Source: Bugula neritina (taxonomy: Eukaryota > Animalia > Bryozoa). Taken from it: a DNA stretch of 64,000 bases. The notes under the pieces are model-generated. The model worked only from the letters and a program-made list of their open reading frames with translations, was not told where the DNA came from and did not search any database. The DNA lies in assembly GCA_964035545.1 (NCBI GenBank), contig OZ037769.1, positions 9,260,129 to 9,324,128 of the forward strand. The letters run 5' to 3'. Each line of letters begins with the position of its first letter. Position 1 is the stretch's first letter. Made by a program: the position numbers and the translations under genes. Positions 23,754 to 37,265 of the stretch are shown here, piece after piece.

Positions 23754-26700
23754 ATGAACTTTAGGTTAATCTCAAACCTATACTCTAAAAATAGTGACAG
23801 TATCAAAAGGTGTACTCGATATAAATTTAAAACCACCTGCACGTACACAGACACTGGAATTGCTCAGATTGGGACTAATACTAATAGTTCTTTCAATATC
23901 AATCTGAATCATTATCCTCTGCAAAGGCATTTTACTGACCAATGTCGAAGTGGCTATGGGAAACAGATTCAGGGTGCTTTTAAAATACGTGGCTACTGCT
24001 GCAGAAATTTAGACTCGGTCAGCAGAATTGATAGGAATGTGCCTGTAAAATCAAGAACTCTTTTCACAAGCAGTTTCGCCTTAAGTTCAGAACCTACGGT
24101 TAACCAGCCGAATAATGAAAATGAGAAAGTGGTGTCTGGTGTTGAAAGAAATGATTTCTTACCCTTGGATACAAGTTTCTGTAGCTCTGAAGAAGCGTAC
24201 AAGTCTAAATCTACAGCTGAGTTAGCAAGAGCTCTGTTTGTGTTTCAGCTCACTTCATTCGATCCACTTGTAAAGCACAATATTCAGGTGAGTGAATAAG
24301 TTAATCTGTTAAATCTATCATTCTAAATCTATGCACATCGTTTATCTCCAACATTTTTAATGGGTATCGAATATTTGTAACTTTGCAGGTGTAATGTTTG
24401 AACAAAATTTATATAGAATTAAGAAAGCTTCAACTTGGCTTGCAAATTTTTTTAAGAACTCATAATCACTCAACGTAGCACTTGCTCTGCTTCCTCTCAG
24501 TCATTCTGGTTTGGTGTAAATTAACTAATATCCACGTTTTCAAAATCTAAAAGCTCTCATATAAAAAGTTATTTAACTATTTTCTTGGATTTGATATAGT
24601 ATTTGCAACACTTTGTTCATGCTGGTGGTGGATGCATTGTACCACCTAAGCTAGTACTAGTAGTAACAATAGTATAGTAGTACCAGTAATATAGCAGTAC
24701 CAGTAGTACCAGTAGTAGTAGTAGTAGTAGCAGTAGCAGCAGCAACAGCAGCAGTAGTGGTAGTGGTAACAGTAGTAGTACAAATAGTAGTACCAGTGGC
24801 AGTAGTGGAGTACTAGTAGTAGTAGTAGCAAATACCAATCGTAGTAGTACCAGTAGTAGTATTACTAGTAGCACATGTAGTAATAGTAGTATTAGTAGTA
24901 CCAGTAGTACATGTAGTAATAGTAGTATTAGTAGTACCAGTAGTACATATAGTAATAGTAGTAGAATAGCTGCACACAGAAATATGATTTCTCTGCCATA
25001 TTCCAGCAGTATTAAGTATCTTATACTGTATATTATAATAAGTTCATTTGTTACTTAGATTTTAAAATTTCTGAGGAGAATTTTTGGCAAGCGGTTGTTT
25101 CACTATGTGATGGAGCATTCCTTCTATGGACACTTTGTTGCTGGTGCTGATTTACATTCCATCAAGCCTGTGATCAGCAAGAACATGCAGTATGGTGTCA
25201 AATCTATATTGGATTACAGTGTTGAAGAAGATATGGAGGAAGAGCAGGCTAAGAATAAGACTAAAATGTCGTATGAGGAAACGTAAGCAACATATTTTTA
25301 GTTGTGATTTTAGTGTGTTACTGTGCTGTTTATTGAGTTGTAGTACTTTATTACTAACTTGGCATATGAACTGTGCTAGGTCTATGGCTCTTCCTATTAG
25401 TTGGGGTTAGTCATCGATTTATAAAGTTCTCTATGTTGTTCACATTTACCTTTTAGACCTGTGGAGGGTTCGCTAGTATCTCAGTCAGCAGGCTCCCGTA
25501 AGTGTTATACATATGTTCAATATCCATAAGCTAAAGTGTGTGTGAACTAAGTGCAATAATTTTTGTGTATTTCAAATATTCTCGTGCAACATTTGCTAAT
25601 TATGTGGGTGCTACTAGTTTAACCAACTGTTCCAATTGACAGTTTTCCCTGTGCATACCATCAGTGTATTGATTGTACTGTATGTTATGTCATTGTATAT
25701 ATAGCTATTACTATAATAAGTCATATGCATTCTTATAGACTTACTAAGGTTTATTACACAACATTTACATAAATGCTTTGCAATTGTTGCATAAGGAGTG
25801 TTGACATAAGTAAAGTACTAAATACTAAGGAATTCACAGTTCTATTTATAGTTCTTTGTCTGCTTTATGGTAATACAATAATTTTATGGTATTGATGTTT
25901 ACTACATAAGTTGTTACATGGCAAGAAATATTTTGTTTGAATTATTTTTATAATTATTACTGCAATCATAAACATTGACATAAACTAAGTACTTTAATAT
26001 AATTACACAAACACAGTAAGAACTCTGAAAGGGCTGTTCTGTGCACAGAACTGACTATCACAAAGCTGCCATTTCAACATTGAAATCTGTTAAATCAACT
26101 CTAAATAATTTTGCAAGTTGCTGACCAAGTATTTGTCCATATCTTTTAGCATGTTTCCAAAATTACAAAGTAATATATATATATATATGAATATATATAT
26201 ACATGTGTATATAGCTCAATGACCATAATTGTCAATAAAACTAGCAGTTTACAATCATGCAACTCTGTTTATGTAACTTGAGTCCTTCATAGTCAGTAGA
26301 TGAGTAGTAAAAGATCATAATGTTGCATAGGTGAAGCAACAATGTAGTAACACAATGGTAGTACTTGAGGGGAAATTATCTCATACTAATATCAGATATT
26401 CATTTAGAGATTATCATTACATAAGCACACAAGTTTTATAGTACATGATGTCATCTTTAAATGAAATCTAGCCCATCATTAGCAAGTATAAATTTGGTCA
26501 TCCACCTTACTGTATGGTTTAGCTCAATATTTAGACTTGAAGAAAAGATCATTGCCAAGACATTGCCCTGGTCACTGCTGCATGTATGAGTATCCATGGA
26601 TTTGTACTATAAGTCTTTGACTCTGGTCTTTCTACTAAAACAAATGATTTATCACAAATATTTTAGTTAACCTGTATATCTTGAAGATTTCAATAGTAGA

Positions 26701-29700
26701 GAGTTAAAATTTCTAGAAAATGTATAGCTATTGTTTTGACTTTTGCTCTCCATTCCAACAAAATAAGAAAATTCAATTTAATGAAAGTTATTCAAATTAA
26801 ATTACCTACTCACCATTTTATTGTTTCCTGTACTTTCTCTCTCTTTCGCATATTAGATTACTTGGCTATGAAGTTCTCTATTCAATGTACGCTAAAGCCG
26901 ATTTTCTGTTCCTTTAGATTATTAAAATTAAAGTGCAAATATGCCATAGTATATAGCTTAGCTGGGTCATTGTGTTAGTTGGGACTTGTAGCGTGTAGAA
27001 GAAGATAACTACTCACCCACTATTAGTTGTCCCTTAAATATAGTAATGTTGGTAATATACTCCCTGCCTTAAGCTATGTGCAATTAGTAGTGATCTTGTT
27101 GGACCAAGGAATATATATTGTGATAGCTTGCTTTAGAGTCTAGATAGACTACATCATTATATTATAATCAATACATTGTATATATGTAGGTGCCGTATAT
27201 TATCAAATCAGCAAAAACAAACAGGCATAAAATAAATAACCATTATTGTGTAATGTTGGTATACTGTATGGTGTATGCATTTGTATCTCACAATCTCACT
27301 ATGCTGTAACTGTTGTTATATAATATAAGAAAAACCTCTACCTAATTGATTTAGTAGAAATAAGTTAGGTGCACATGTTCTTGAGTGTATATAAATACAT
27401 ATTCACATGATCCCTGCAATAGCCTGTTTATGTAAATATTACTACATCAACACTACAAATAATAGTAATCATGTAGCATGAAGCATTTGAGCCTGGTGTA
27501 ATGTTATGGTCCTTTACTGTTAGTTGCATGTATCTGATTACTAAAGCTATACACAAATGCTGTAAGGCTGCTAATATACTCATCACTCAACCTTGACCTT
27601 GTACATAGCATATAATATAAATAATGATATTATTATTTACATTGCCATTTGAGAAATTGCTAGAACTGCTTTTCAGGGGGTTGTATATGTGTTGTAGGAA
27701 TCATCAGTAAATATTTCTTTAATAGGCTACATAGAAATGCACTAGAGAAATGTAGAGTGTTTTAGTAAACATAGATTAAACATAGTCAGACAGAAATATT
27801 ATCATTTTGAAATGCACGTATTTTAAAATTATTATGTTCAGTGTGTTCATAGTTCAAACCTAAAGTTATGAGAATAATGCTCACAGTACCATAATTACGT
27901 TAAACCCAAGTTCTGGAGAAGTATAAAAATCCCTTGCACTGAAATATTTCATGAAACTGAATTTTAACAAATGAGCAGATTTTCTCCGATTGATATTCTG
28001 TTGTTTGTGTCACCACATGGTATGCTGTCACTACTAGTGGTTTCCAGCTTCTATCTCTCCAGTTAACAACTGTTCTATACCATGATTATGTTGTATTCTA
28101 CCTCTTCAGTTAACAACTCTTCTATACCATGATTATATTGTATTCATAGGAGCAAACAAAGGTATATTTTCTTGTGGCTTCAGCTTTACGAATCTGGTTT
28201 AAATGTGTTTTTATGCCATCAGAGTTATAGCTTAAACATATGAGCTGCCTGGCTATTAATACACAGCATTAGAGAAATAGTGCTTGCTTGTGTGAACTCA
28301 TTTTACTCACTAATATTTCTTCTTTGAGTCACCAATATACATTTTGTTACACAAACATAACTAATATAAATTTCTTTTAATCTAATTACATTTATTGCCA
28401 ATACTTATAGTTTGAGTTAATTGCTATACAGATTGTTGTAGGTGTGATATGTATTCATAATACTTCAAACTTTGTCTTACTGTGTGTCCTTTACTGAGAT
28501 ATCAAGCCTTGTTGGCTGTTGATGTTTGTGACTTCATATAGTTTCCACATCTTGTTAACCCATGTATGTATTTGTACCTCAAATGTTGTTGAAACCCAAC
28601 AGTTTATGGAGAACATGCTTGTCTCTGTTATACTGAGCTGCTGTCAGTCTGTAGTTGCTGTCAGTCTGTAGCTGCTGTTGGCATATGTCTTGTATCAGTG
28701 ATGGCTGGTCTAAGCTCATAGCTCCTACTTATTCTACATGTTTAGGTCTCCAATTTGATGAATTTACAGTGAATTGCTAGTTTGAGTAGTCACATGTTTA
28801 TCCATTAATGAGTCACAATTGAGTTTTGCAATGTAAAGATTCAAACCATAGCAAGGCAGTTACACTAGTTTATCATTTCAGTTCAATATGAGTATCATGA
28901 AAAGTTTGGTGACAGACGTAAAGATGTGGTCAGCGCCAGAACCTACTTCTACGACAGCGAGGCGCAGTGCAACAAGAACATGATGAACTTCCTTGAGTGT
29001 ATAGACGTAGTGAAGGAGACTACTGATGGCACAGGTTTCGCAGCCATTAAACTAACTGCTCTGGGCCGGCCAAAGTTTTTGGTATTTTAAAGCATAAATA
29101 AAATTAATGAGTTAATTGAATTATGTATTTATTATATGTATAGTTGTAGGATGTTCAAGTCAGTCAAAATACTTTATGCTAATGAGGAAACTTCTTTCAA
29201 CTAATTAAAATATATAATATTTTTAAAGCATGTTTTTTAAACTTACTTTGTAGCTGTCTTTCAGCATTTTTCAAAGATATTGTTCAACTATTGACCACCT
29301 GAAAGGCTTCGTTTGTCCAGCTAATTGTTGTCTATATTATTTGTTGCATCAGCTTTAGTAAAACTGTTTTGCATTTTTAGCTGAATATGTCACGGGTTTT
29401 GACTGGCATGAAGGAAACTTTTGAGAAACTGACCGCTAAGGAAACAGACATTGTTCTGAAGAGAATTAGGAGTGACATGCTCTCATCCAGCTTAACCCAC
29501 ATGGGTATTCCCGTTAGTAGAGACGACTCCAAACAATGGTTTACATGGCTTGATGTGTCTGACCAGGGGTATGCCTCATCTGTCTGTAACATATTGTTGG
29601 TACTATATAGCATATACAATGATGCCTTATATACCATGATATGTACTCTACTCAACTATCTGTAACATATTGTTGGTACTATATAGCATATACCATGATG

Positions 29701-32700
29701 CCTTATATACCATAATGTGTACTCTACTCAACTGTCTGTCACGTGATAATAAAGAAGGCAATGCCCAGGATCAACTGGTGGTTCAAGAAATTTGAATGCC
29801 ATTAAATTATTTATCTCATCTATAATTTTGGAAATTTATTGATTTTCTTAATATATGTGCAAAATTTATTTTAATAGTCCTATTCTACGTAGTCTATGCT
29901 GTTTGCTTATCTAGCTTACTTTGTACATGAATATACCATAACTTTGTAGAGAAATTGATCTGTACACTTGGAGTAATCTCCTCAAGATGCAGAAACCTCT
30001 TCACAACTTCTTCACGGTGCCTAACTTAGAAGAAGGTAAACTAGAGAGTGTTCTTCCTAGGCTGTCCCCCGAGTCAGATATAGAGTTGAAGAATATGCTG
30101 GAAAGAATCAACAAAATTGCTGAGGTATTCACTTAAAAAAACAAGTTTGTAAAAGTAAACTATATAAATTTTATACAAAAGTTTTTTTAAACTGTGTTAG
30201 TCCCATGCATATTATTCATATTACGAGATATATAGTTGATTATCTGCATAGTTTTTCAGTAAATATTGCCAGTCTTTTGTTGCTACTGCGCAGCTAACTT
30301 GCTTTTAAGAGAGGCAATAATAATATGTTACCATGGTTACTAGCATTGCTAACAGTTACATTTCTAGTTAAATATTTTAGCATGCTGCTGACAGCGGTGT
30401 GAGGGTGTTGGTAGACGCTGAACAGACGTATTTTCAGCCAGCTATTAGCCGCCTTACTATGGAAATGATGAGAAATTTCAACAAGGAAAAAGCAGTAGTG
30501 TTCAACACATACCAGTGTTACCTTAAGGTATGCCACCTACTGTTGTTCTACTGCTTTAGAGGCTGTAACAGGGAGTGTCTCAACTTTCTCTTCTTTATAC
30601 ATGATGAATCTAGAGTAGACTAAGTGGAAGTTAAATCAGCTCTTCAATGCTTTACTGTCTCATCAACAGTTTAAACTATAGAATTGATAAACAGGTTAGG
30701 GGCAAATACAATGTCAGGCATAGAGTGTGGTCATAGACTAGGATTATTTAAACTTACATTCTTTGTACCTAAGTAGATAAAAACATCAGCATTCCTCACT
30801 AATGACACAAGAAACATCTGCGTGCGGGGAATCGATCTAGCCTAAAAATGAGCTGTTGTATTCAGGCTAAGTTCTGAACAACCAGTGCGAAAAGTTGGTG
30901 TGAGATTGATGGCTGATTATCATTTAGCGAGAACTGAAAACTGAATTAAAACTTTTTTCAATATTTTGCACTTTCCTAGTTTATAATATCTAGTCATCTT
31001 CTCTCTGCAGAGTAGGTGACATAGTTATAAAAACCTAGGCCTGTAGGCGAGCTGTAAATTTAATCACGGATATCATTGGCTAATGAATTTCTACACACTG
31101 TGTATGGTTGGTCATCTCCTCAATGAATTTTCACGCATTTGTACCCACAGGTAGAAAGTTCGTTTAATGTGGCTCTAACACTAGCTATCATACTATTAGC
31201 TGTTTCGTAATATTTCCTCGTACACATAAAATTGCGAGGTTGTGTTTGTGTTTGTAAATTTGTTATACCCTCAGGTCTAAGGATTACATTTCACTATTTC
31301 TAAACTTGTCAATGCAATGTCAAACTGTTGAATTTGTTTTATAGTATTTGGGAGCCATGTAAGGTTCCATTTGTAATAGATGCATACATTTTCACTGCTA
31401 GTAAAACACATCGTAATGTATTTATAGAATGCTCATGATAACTTCATTATTGACCTGGATCTAGCAAGGAGGGAAAACTTCCATTTTGGTTGCAAAGTGG
31501 TTCGTGGAGCGTACATGGATCAGGAACGAGAAAGGGCTGTTACGATTGGGTATTATATTTACCTTATTTCATGTACACTTATTTTATTTAGCTGGTCCTA
31601 AATGCCAGAGTATTTATCCTGAAAAGAACTAATATTTATTTTCTGTCATTGAAATATAATGAAAATATTGATTTTCAATTGTCATTATCAATTATCATAA
31701 TACTTTTTCTATATTGCAATAAAGGTATAATTTTGTAAAACCAATCGCTAAGGTAAAAAATTTAGACTAAAGGCTTTGAATATTTCAAATAAACTTTATA
31801 GAGATGATGCTGCAATGTTAGAAATTCATGCATCAAAACTCTACATTCTATTGTTGGTGACATTTTTTATGATTCATGTTGAGGAACTTTAGCTGCAAAA
31901 TGCCAATGATTTTGTTTGAATTGGCCTTGGCATTGGGAACAGGTTTTAACTTCTAGATTCCTCTATAGTTTTTCTAACTTAGTTGGAGTTGCGATCTCAA
32001 ATACCGGTGCCATGGCTATCTGGGACATGTTATGGTACCTAAGTTATTGGTTAGTGGTAGAGTGGAGTAGCACAGACTGGTTTAGAACAGAATAGCATAG
32101 TAAAGTATAATAGATTGCCTATGAACCTTGTCTTGTAGATATGAGGATCCCATCAATGTGAGTTTTGAGGCCACAACTGCAATGTACGAGAAAGTTATCG
32201 ACACAGCTATGAAGGAAGTAAAGTTGAGGCAACCTGGAGCTGTGGCTGTTATGGCAGCAACTCACAATGAAGACACTGTACGTTACTGTGTTCAGAAGTA
32301 AGTGTAGTGTAGATATAGTATCCTTCTATCAGTAACCTACAGTAACCTACAATAACCTACAATGAAGACACTGTACATTACTGTGTTCAGAAGTAAGTGT
32401 AGTGTAGATATAGTATCCTTCTATCAGTAACCTACAGTAACCTACAATAACCTACAATGAAGACACTGTACGTTACTGTGTTCAGAAGTAAGTGTAGTGT
32501 AGATATAGTATCATACTAACAGTAACTTACTTGTTACACAACACATGGCTTATTGGTGTTTCAATTGCCACTGCCTATTAGTTGCTACTTTACCAAACCA
32601 GCTTGCACAATATACTTTACTTGCATTACATGCTGGAATACAAACTTACCAATATATCTATATAATAGCACACTAATGTCAAGCAATGAAATGAAGCACT

Positions 32701-34283
32701 GTGTATTGTGGGGGTCATGATACTATAAATATAAGTAGTTTGTGCAGTTTGACTATCAAACAACTGACTTCTTCAATTGATCAGGTGATACAAAATATTT
32801 CAACTTATCAAATTTTATCAATACAATAGTTTTAATTTGTTCATTTAGTAATTTCATATAAAAACGAGGCTAACACTAACATGGCCACGTAATATATTTG
32901 ATGGCTATGTTTTACTTCCTGATCACCTAATAAAAGAACTTTCTAATATAATATTGTTTGTAGGCATTAGGCATTAGGTTTGCTTTAAAAACTAGTTGGA
33001 GTTATGGTAGTTTTTCAAACAAAGGCAAATGGCATGTCACAGTCGCAACGTTATTGACTCTTGTGCCCCTTGCTGTGGTACTACAGTAGTGCTATTTACC
33101 AACTTAATCAGTAGTAGTCACAGGTTTACTTGATAATGTTGCAGACTAAAAGATCTTGGGATTAGAAGAGAAGATAAAGCCATTTGTTTTGGTCAGCTGC
33201 TGGGCATGTGTGACCATGTAAGCTTTCCTCTGGGTAAGTACTTGCTATGTGCTGCTTGTACTACAAGTATGCTATAGTATGCCATAGTATAGGTAGTATT
33301 GTAGGTCTACAAGAACAGTTTATCATGATTAATACTTGGGTCAAAATTGGGGAAAAACAGTTTTTTAATTTTGTTTTGTGAGTTACTTGCTATTTATAGT
33401 TATACTCAAATATGCAAAAGTTGTAGCAAGCAGTTCCTACTTTGCTGCAACAGAAATATGTTTTCTTAGAAAGTGTGATAATTTTTTATCCTCCAAGTAT
33501 AAGGTCGTAGAAGTTTGCTGACTTTAAACTCCAAGGACTTTAGTTTCACAGCACAAGCTAGTAAGACTTGTGTTTTGTAGGTCACACTTAAGACTACTTA
33601 AGACCTGGTCTCTCACTTGAAACTTGCTCCCTGACTCAGTGTCCGATAATACTGGCACAGGTAATAATGGCACAGGTAATAATGGCGCAGGCAATAATAC
33701 CACAAATGGCAAAGTAGGTAAAAATGACACATCTTCAATCTTAGGGTTTGGAGGGGGATTAGGTTTGGGAATGGGGGTTTAAGTTTGGGGTTGGGGTTTA
33801 TGGGTTGAAGATTTGAGTTTGGGGTTTGGGAAAATTTCACATCAGTGTGCCATTTTTTCTACTTTTCTATTTGTGCCCTTATTACCAGAGCCATTATTAC
33901 CTGTGCCATTTTTACCTAAACTCCCCTGACTCACTACTTAGTACTTACTCCCTGACTTGTTACTTAAGACTTCTATCTATTTGATAACCGGCACTAAAAG
34001 TACTGTGTATATAAAGCTGTAACAATTTTTTTTCTAATGATTTAGTAAAATGTTACTGACCTCAACACCGTTCTATCGTTCACAAGGTCAAAGTGGGTAT
34101 TCGGTCTACAAATATGTGCCATATGGCCCCATCGATGAAGTACTTCCATACTTATCGCGCCGAGCTATGGAGAATCGTGGTATACTGGCTAAAGTGAAGA
34201 AGGAGAAACAACTTCTTCGAGCCGAACTAAAACAGAGACTGTTACCTAATAGAGGGGGAAATAGACAGTCTAGTGCCAAGTAA
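23754..34283 (+). CDS. PRODH: Mitochondrial proline dehydrogenase 1, 11 exons, 691 aa
   Basis: Exons 23754-24287, 25059-25282, 25457-25497, 28882-29081, 29381-29568, 29950-30124, 30381-30527, 31428-31549, 32139-32297, 33145-33233, 34087-34283 (sum 2076 nt). Motifs [83 protein letters not shown]. Confidence 0.95.
24652..24965. repeat. Degenerate (AGT)n/(AGC)n trinucleotide microsatellite in PRODH intron 1
   Basis: Visible AGT/AGC/ACC runs with higher-order duplicated blocks at the 3' end. Confidence 0.9.
29583..29735. repeat. 76-bp tandem duplication in PRODH intron 5
   Basis: TCTGTAACATATTGTTGGTACTATATAGCATATAC... occurs at ~29583 and again at ~29659 with few mismatches. Confidence 0.85.
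32264..32530 (+). repeat. 95-bp unit x ~2.8 spanning the PRODH exon 9 end and its splice donor
   Basis: ACAATGAAGACACTGTACGTTACTGTGTTCAGAA|GTAAGTG... starts at 32264, 32359 and 32454. Confidence 0.93.
33639..33923. mobile_element. Non-autonomous foldback/MITE-like DNA element (Mutator-like?) in PRODH last intron
   Basis: Left arm has tandem GGTAATAATGGCACA-type units, mirrored by inverted TGTGCCATTTTTACC-type units on the right arm, around a G/T-rich core. Flanked by the direct repeat CCCTGACTCA (33629-33638, 33924-33933). Confidence 0.75.
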
Positions 34284-35235
34284 TAAGGTATAGTTGTAGC
34301 AGTTCTTGCAGCACATGATGGGATGTTAGCAGTGTACTCGTCATGTCTGAATATAAGTTGGTAGATCACACTCATTTCCAGCTGCACTAATTGTTACTCA
34401 TCACTGACTATGTATCATAACATTTCTATGTGTTTCATAAAGTTGCTATTTTAGAAAAAAATAATTTGCAAACTAAATATTTTGGCACAAAGCTAATCAC
34501 ATGCTGAGAGTCATGTGATTCATAGATTGCAACATTGTTTGGTGACTGTTTATTAGGTTATGTTAGATGTAATTGTTTACTGATTGGCTGTTTAACAGAC
34601 TAAGTTGTAGTGAGTGAGTTGTCATAATATGATGGGCAGATGAACTCTGATACTAACAACTCCCAGAGTATTTCTAAAGCTAATTTAATGTTGGCATAAC
34701 TCCCACTGTGTTGAGGTCTAATTCAATCATTTATAGACACTACATTTTGAAAGGGCAGCTAAATTGCTTTGTATCAAAATTTGAATTTCTGAATGAAAAT
34801 ATGACTTCTAGCTTTGCATTATTTTTATTGTAGGCTTTGCTTACTGCAATATTTATAAAGCTTCAAAAGAAATCAGAGTTGAATTTACTGTTGAATCTGA
34901 CAATCACCTTCATTCAAGATTTTATCTTTCACAAGAAATATCATTTTATTTTTTATAATATTTTTCTGAGTTGTACTTGACATGAAATTTGTGCTGTTTC
35001 TTGTATTTTCTTTTTGTTTTCTTGGCATATTATATTTTATCTTGTCTTATTTAATGTTGAACCTTGGTGATGACATGTTCTTTTTGTGTTGATCATAATA
35101 CCTGTATTATATTTACACCGTGGGCTGCTTTTATCACATTCTTCTGTGAACCATCAATTAGAATCTCATGACGTTGTGCATTGAATATCTTTATCTGGTT
35201 GGCTCAAGCTGTGTTGTTCTTAATTGTATATATTT

Positions 35236-35241
35236 AATAAA
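35236..35241 (+). terminator. Candidate PRODH polyadenylation signal
   Basis: AATAAA ~950 nt after the stop codon, followed by a T/GT-rich tract. Confidence 0.4.
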
Positions 35242-36429
35242 ATATATTATATATTATTGTTTGTTTCATATAGTTCAGAGATTATTACCCAATAATGAGC
35301 CACTGGTACTTTGTCACTTGAACATTTTGTAATCCTTAACATGTTGTATTGTAAGTATATAAATTGTAGAATTTTAACTGTGTGTTAGCATAGAAGAAAG
35401 GAAATTGGCATTTAGTGTTGTATTGAAAATTTTCAACTTTTAAAAAATAAAAGTGAGATAGTATTAAATTTGAACTGCATTTTTTTAAACTTGGTGAATA
35501 TTCTATTTCCATGTCAGTGTGCTATATTAACTGGTAAATAATTGAAAGTTGTTGCTGATAAATGCAGTATTGGACAAATAATCTTCTGTAACAGGTGTTG
35601 ACCCAACTTGTAAAAGTGTTGCACCTTATTCACATGATATAGTATTAACAAAATTGCTACGCTATTGCCCATAATATAGTAGTGGCAAAAGTTTTGCACT
35701 ATTCATATACTGTAGTAGTAGTAAAAGTGCTACACTAATCATATAATATAGTAGTGTAGTATATCCAACTTGGATAAACAATATTGATCATTTTGTAGAT
35801 AATTACTTCATGACAATTTTCTGTAACTTTTTTGTTGAATGTTTTACTATAAATTAATGAACCTACAGCAAAGACTTAAAAATACAAAGTTACTATACAT
35901 TTAATGTACTGTGAGAACTCTTGGCTGTAAGGGTGTTTAAACAGTGTACCTCTAACCATGTTGACAACATGGTTTGTAGGGCATGTGTTTGTATAGAATA
36001 GAGTTAATTTATGACTGAATGCTTTTCCTGACTTCTCCAAAGGCCCTGCCACTAGTGCACACTTACCACTAAACCACAACTGCTTCCTTCACGGCTACCT
36101 GCGAAACTGCTCAGATTTCTGTACTCAATAAAGCTCATAATTCATAAATACTTCTTAGGGCTATTCCAGCTGTTCACAATTTAAGAGCTCGGAAATACAA
36201 CATACAACTATACCTACAATTAATTTGTTTTCCCTCTGTGATTGTGTACACTAGTTAGTAACACTGTCATGTCTATAGGTAGAGCCTACGGTTTAAACTA
36301 GCCGTCTGCATAAGCTACAGTACAACACAAGATTGATGAGCTGCCTAATTTAAAAATAGCTTAAGCTAATATTACCAAGTAATTCTATGCTCCTAGACTG
36401 GGTGCTTTTTAACTGTTCATGTATCAATG

Positions 36430-36586
36430 TACAGCTGTGTGTTCTATTCTATATCTATTTTATACAGTTGTGTGTTCTATTCTATATCTATTTTATACAG
36501 CTGTGTGTTCTATTCTATATCTATTTTATACAGCTGTGTGTTCTATTCTATATCTATTTTATACAGTTGTGTGTTCTATTCTATAT
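36430..36586. repeat. 33-bp minisatellite, ~4.8 copies
   Basis: TACAGCTGTGTGTTCTATTCTATATCTATTTTA tandem units. Confidence 0.92.
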
Positions 36587-37265
36587 ATTGACATAATACA
36601 CAGTAGGCTATATCAACTCCTATATCAACTCTTGATATAAACTCATATATTGACTTATAAATCATACTCGTATATCAATCACTTATATATCAACTCCTAA
36701 TATATAAGTTTATGATGTTGTATAGCTTCAAATGTTTGTTAAGTAAAACATGAAAGTGAGTCATTCTATGTAGGCTATGCAGTATGGCATATAACATTTG
36801 TTTATATAAATGCTAAACCCACACATTTGAATCATATATCATGATTCATAACCAATGGTAAGTGTGTTTTACAGAAATAAATAGATGTGATGCAATGATA
36901 GGGTTATGAAAATAAGTAAGTTTAAACTTGACAGTGATTGATGATGCTACTTGATAATTTCCATACATGTAATAATAATAATAGTTGTTTACAAGATGAC
37001 TGGAAAGGTAAATTGGTGGAACTAATGTTACCATGGCAACCTAAGACAACCACAGAATCACCCAATCAAATACAAGTATTATTGGCTGCACAAAATGAAC
37101 ATTATAAGTATACTGGCTGAAATGTACACACCATTTTGAGATAGAACAGGTGATTGAAAAGCACTAAACAAATTAAAGATAAGCCAACTTTAACCAGATC
37201 TGTGCCTAGAAGACAGATTGCTGCAAAAGTTAAGCTCCTGGACATTAACATAACAATCTAATAAC

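Noticed and set aside
24617-24874. Poly-L/T/V/Y ORFs here and at 45769-46116 and 60212-60400
   Set aside because: Translations of (AGT)n microsatellites.
32317-32324. GTATCCTT as a U12-type 5' splice site
   Set aside because: It lies inside an intron whose canonical GTAAGT donor already gives the conserved PRODH frame.
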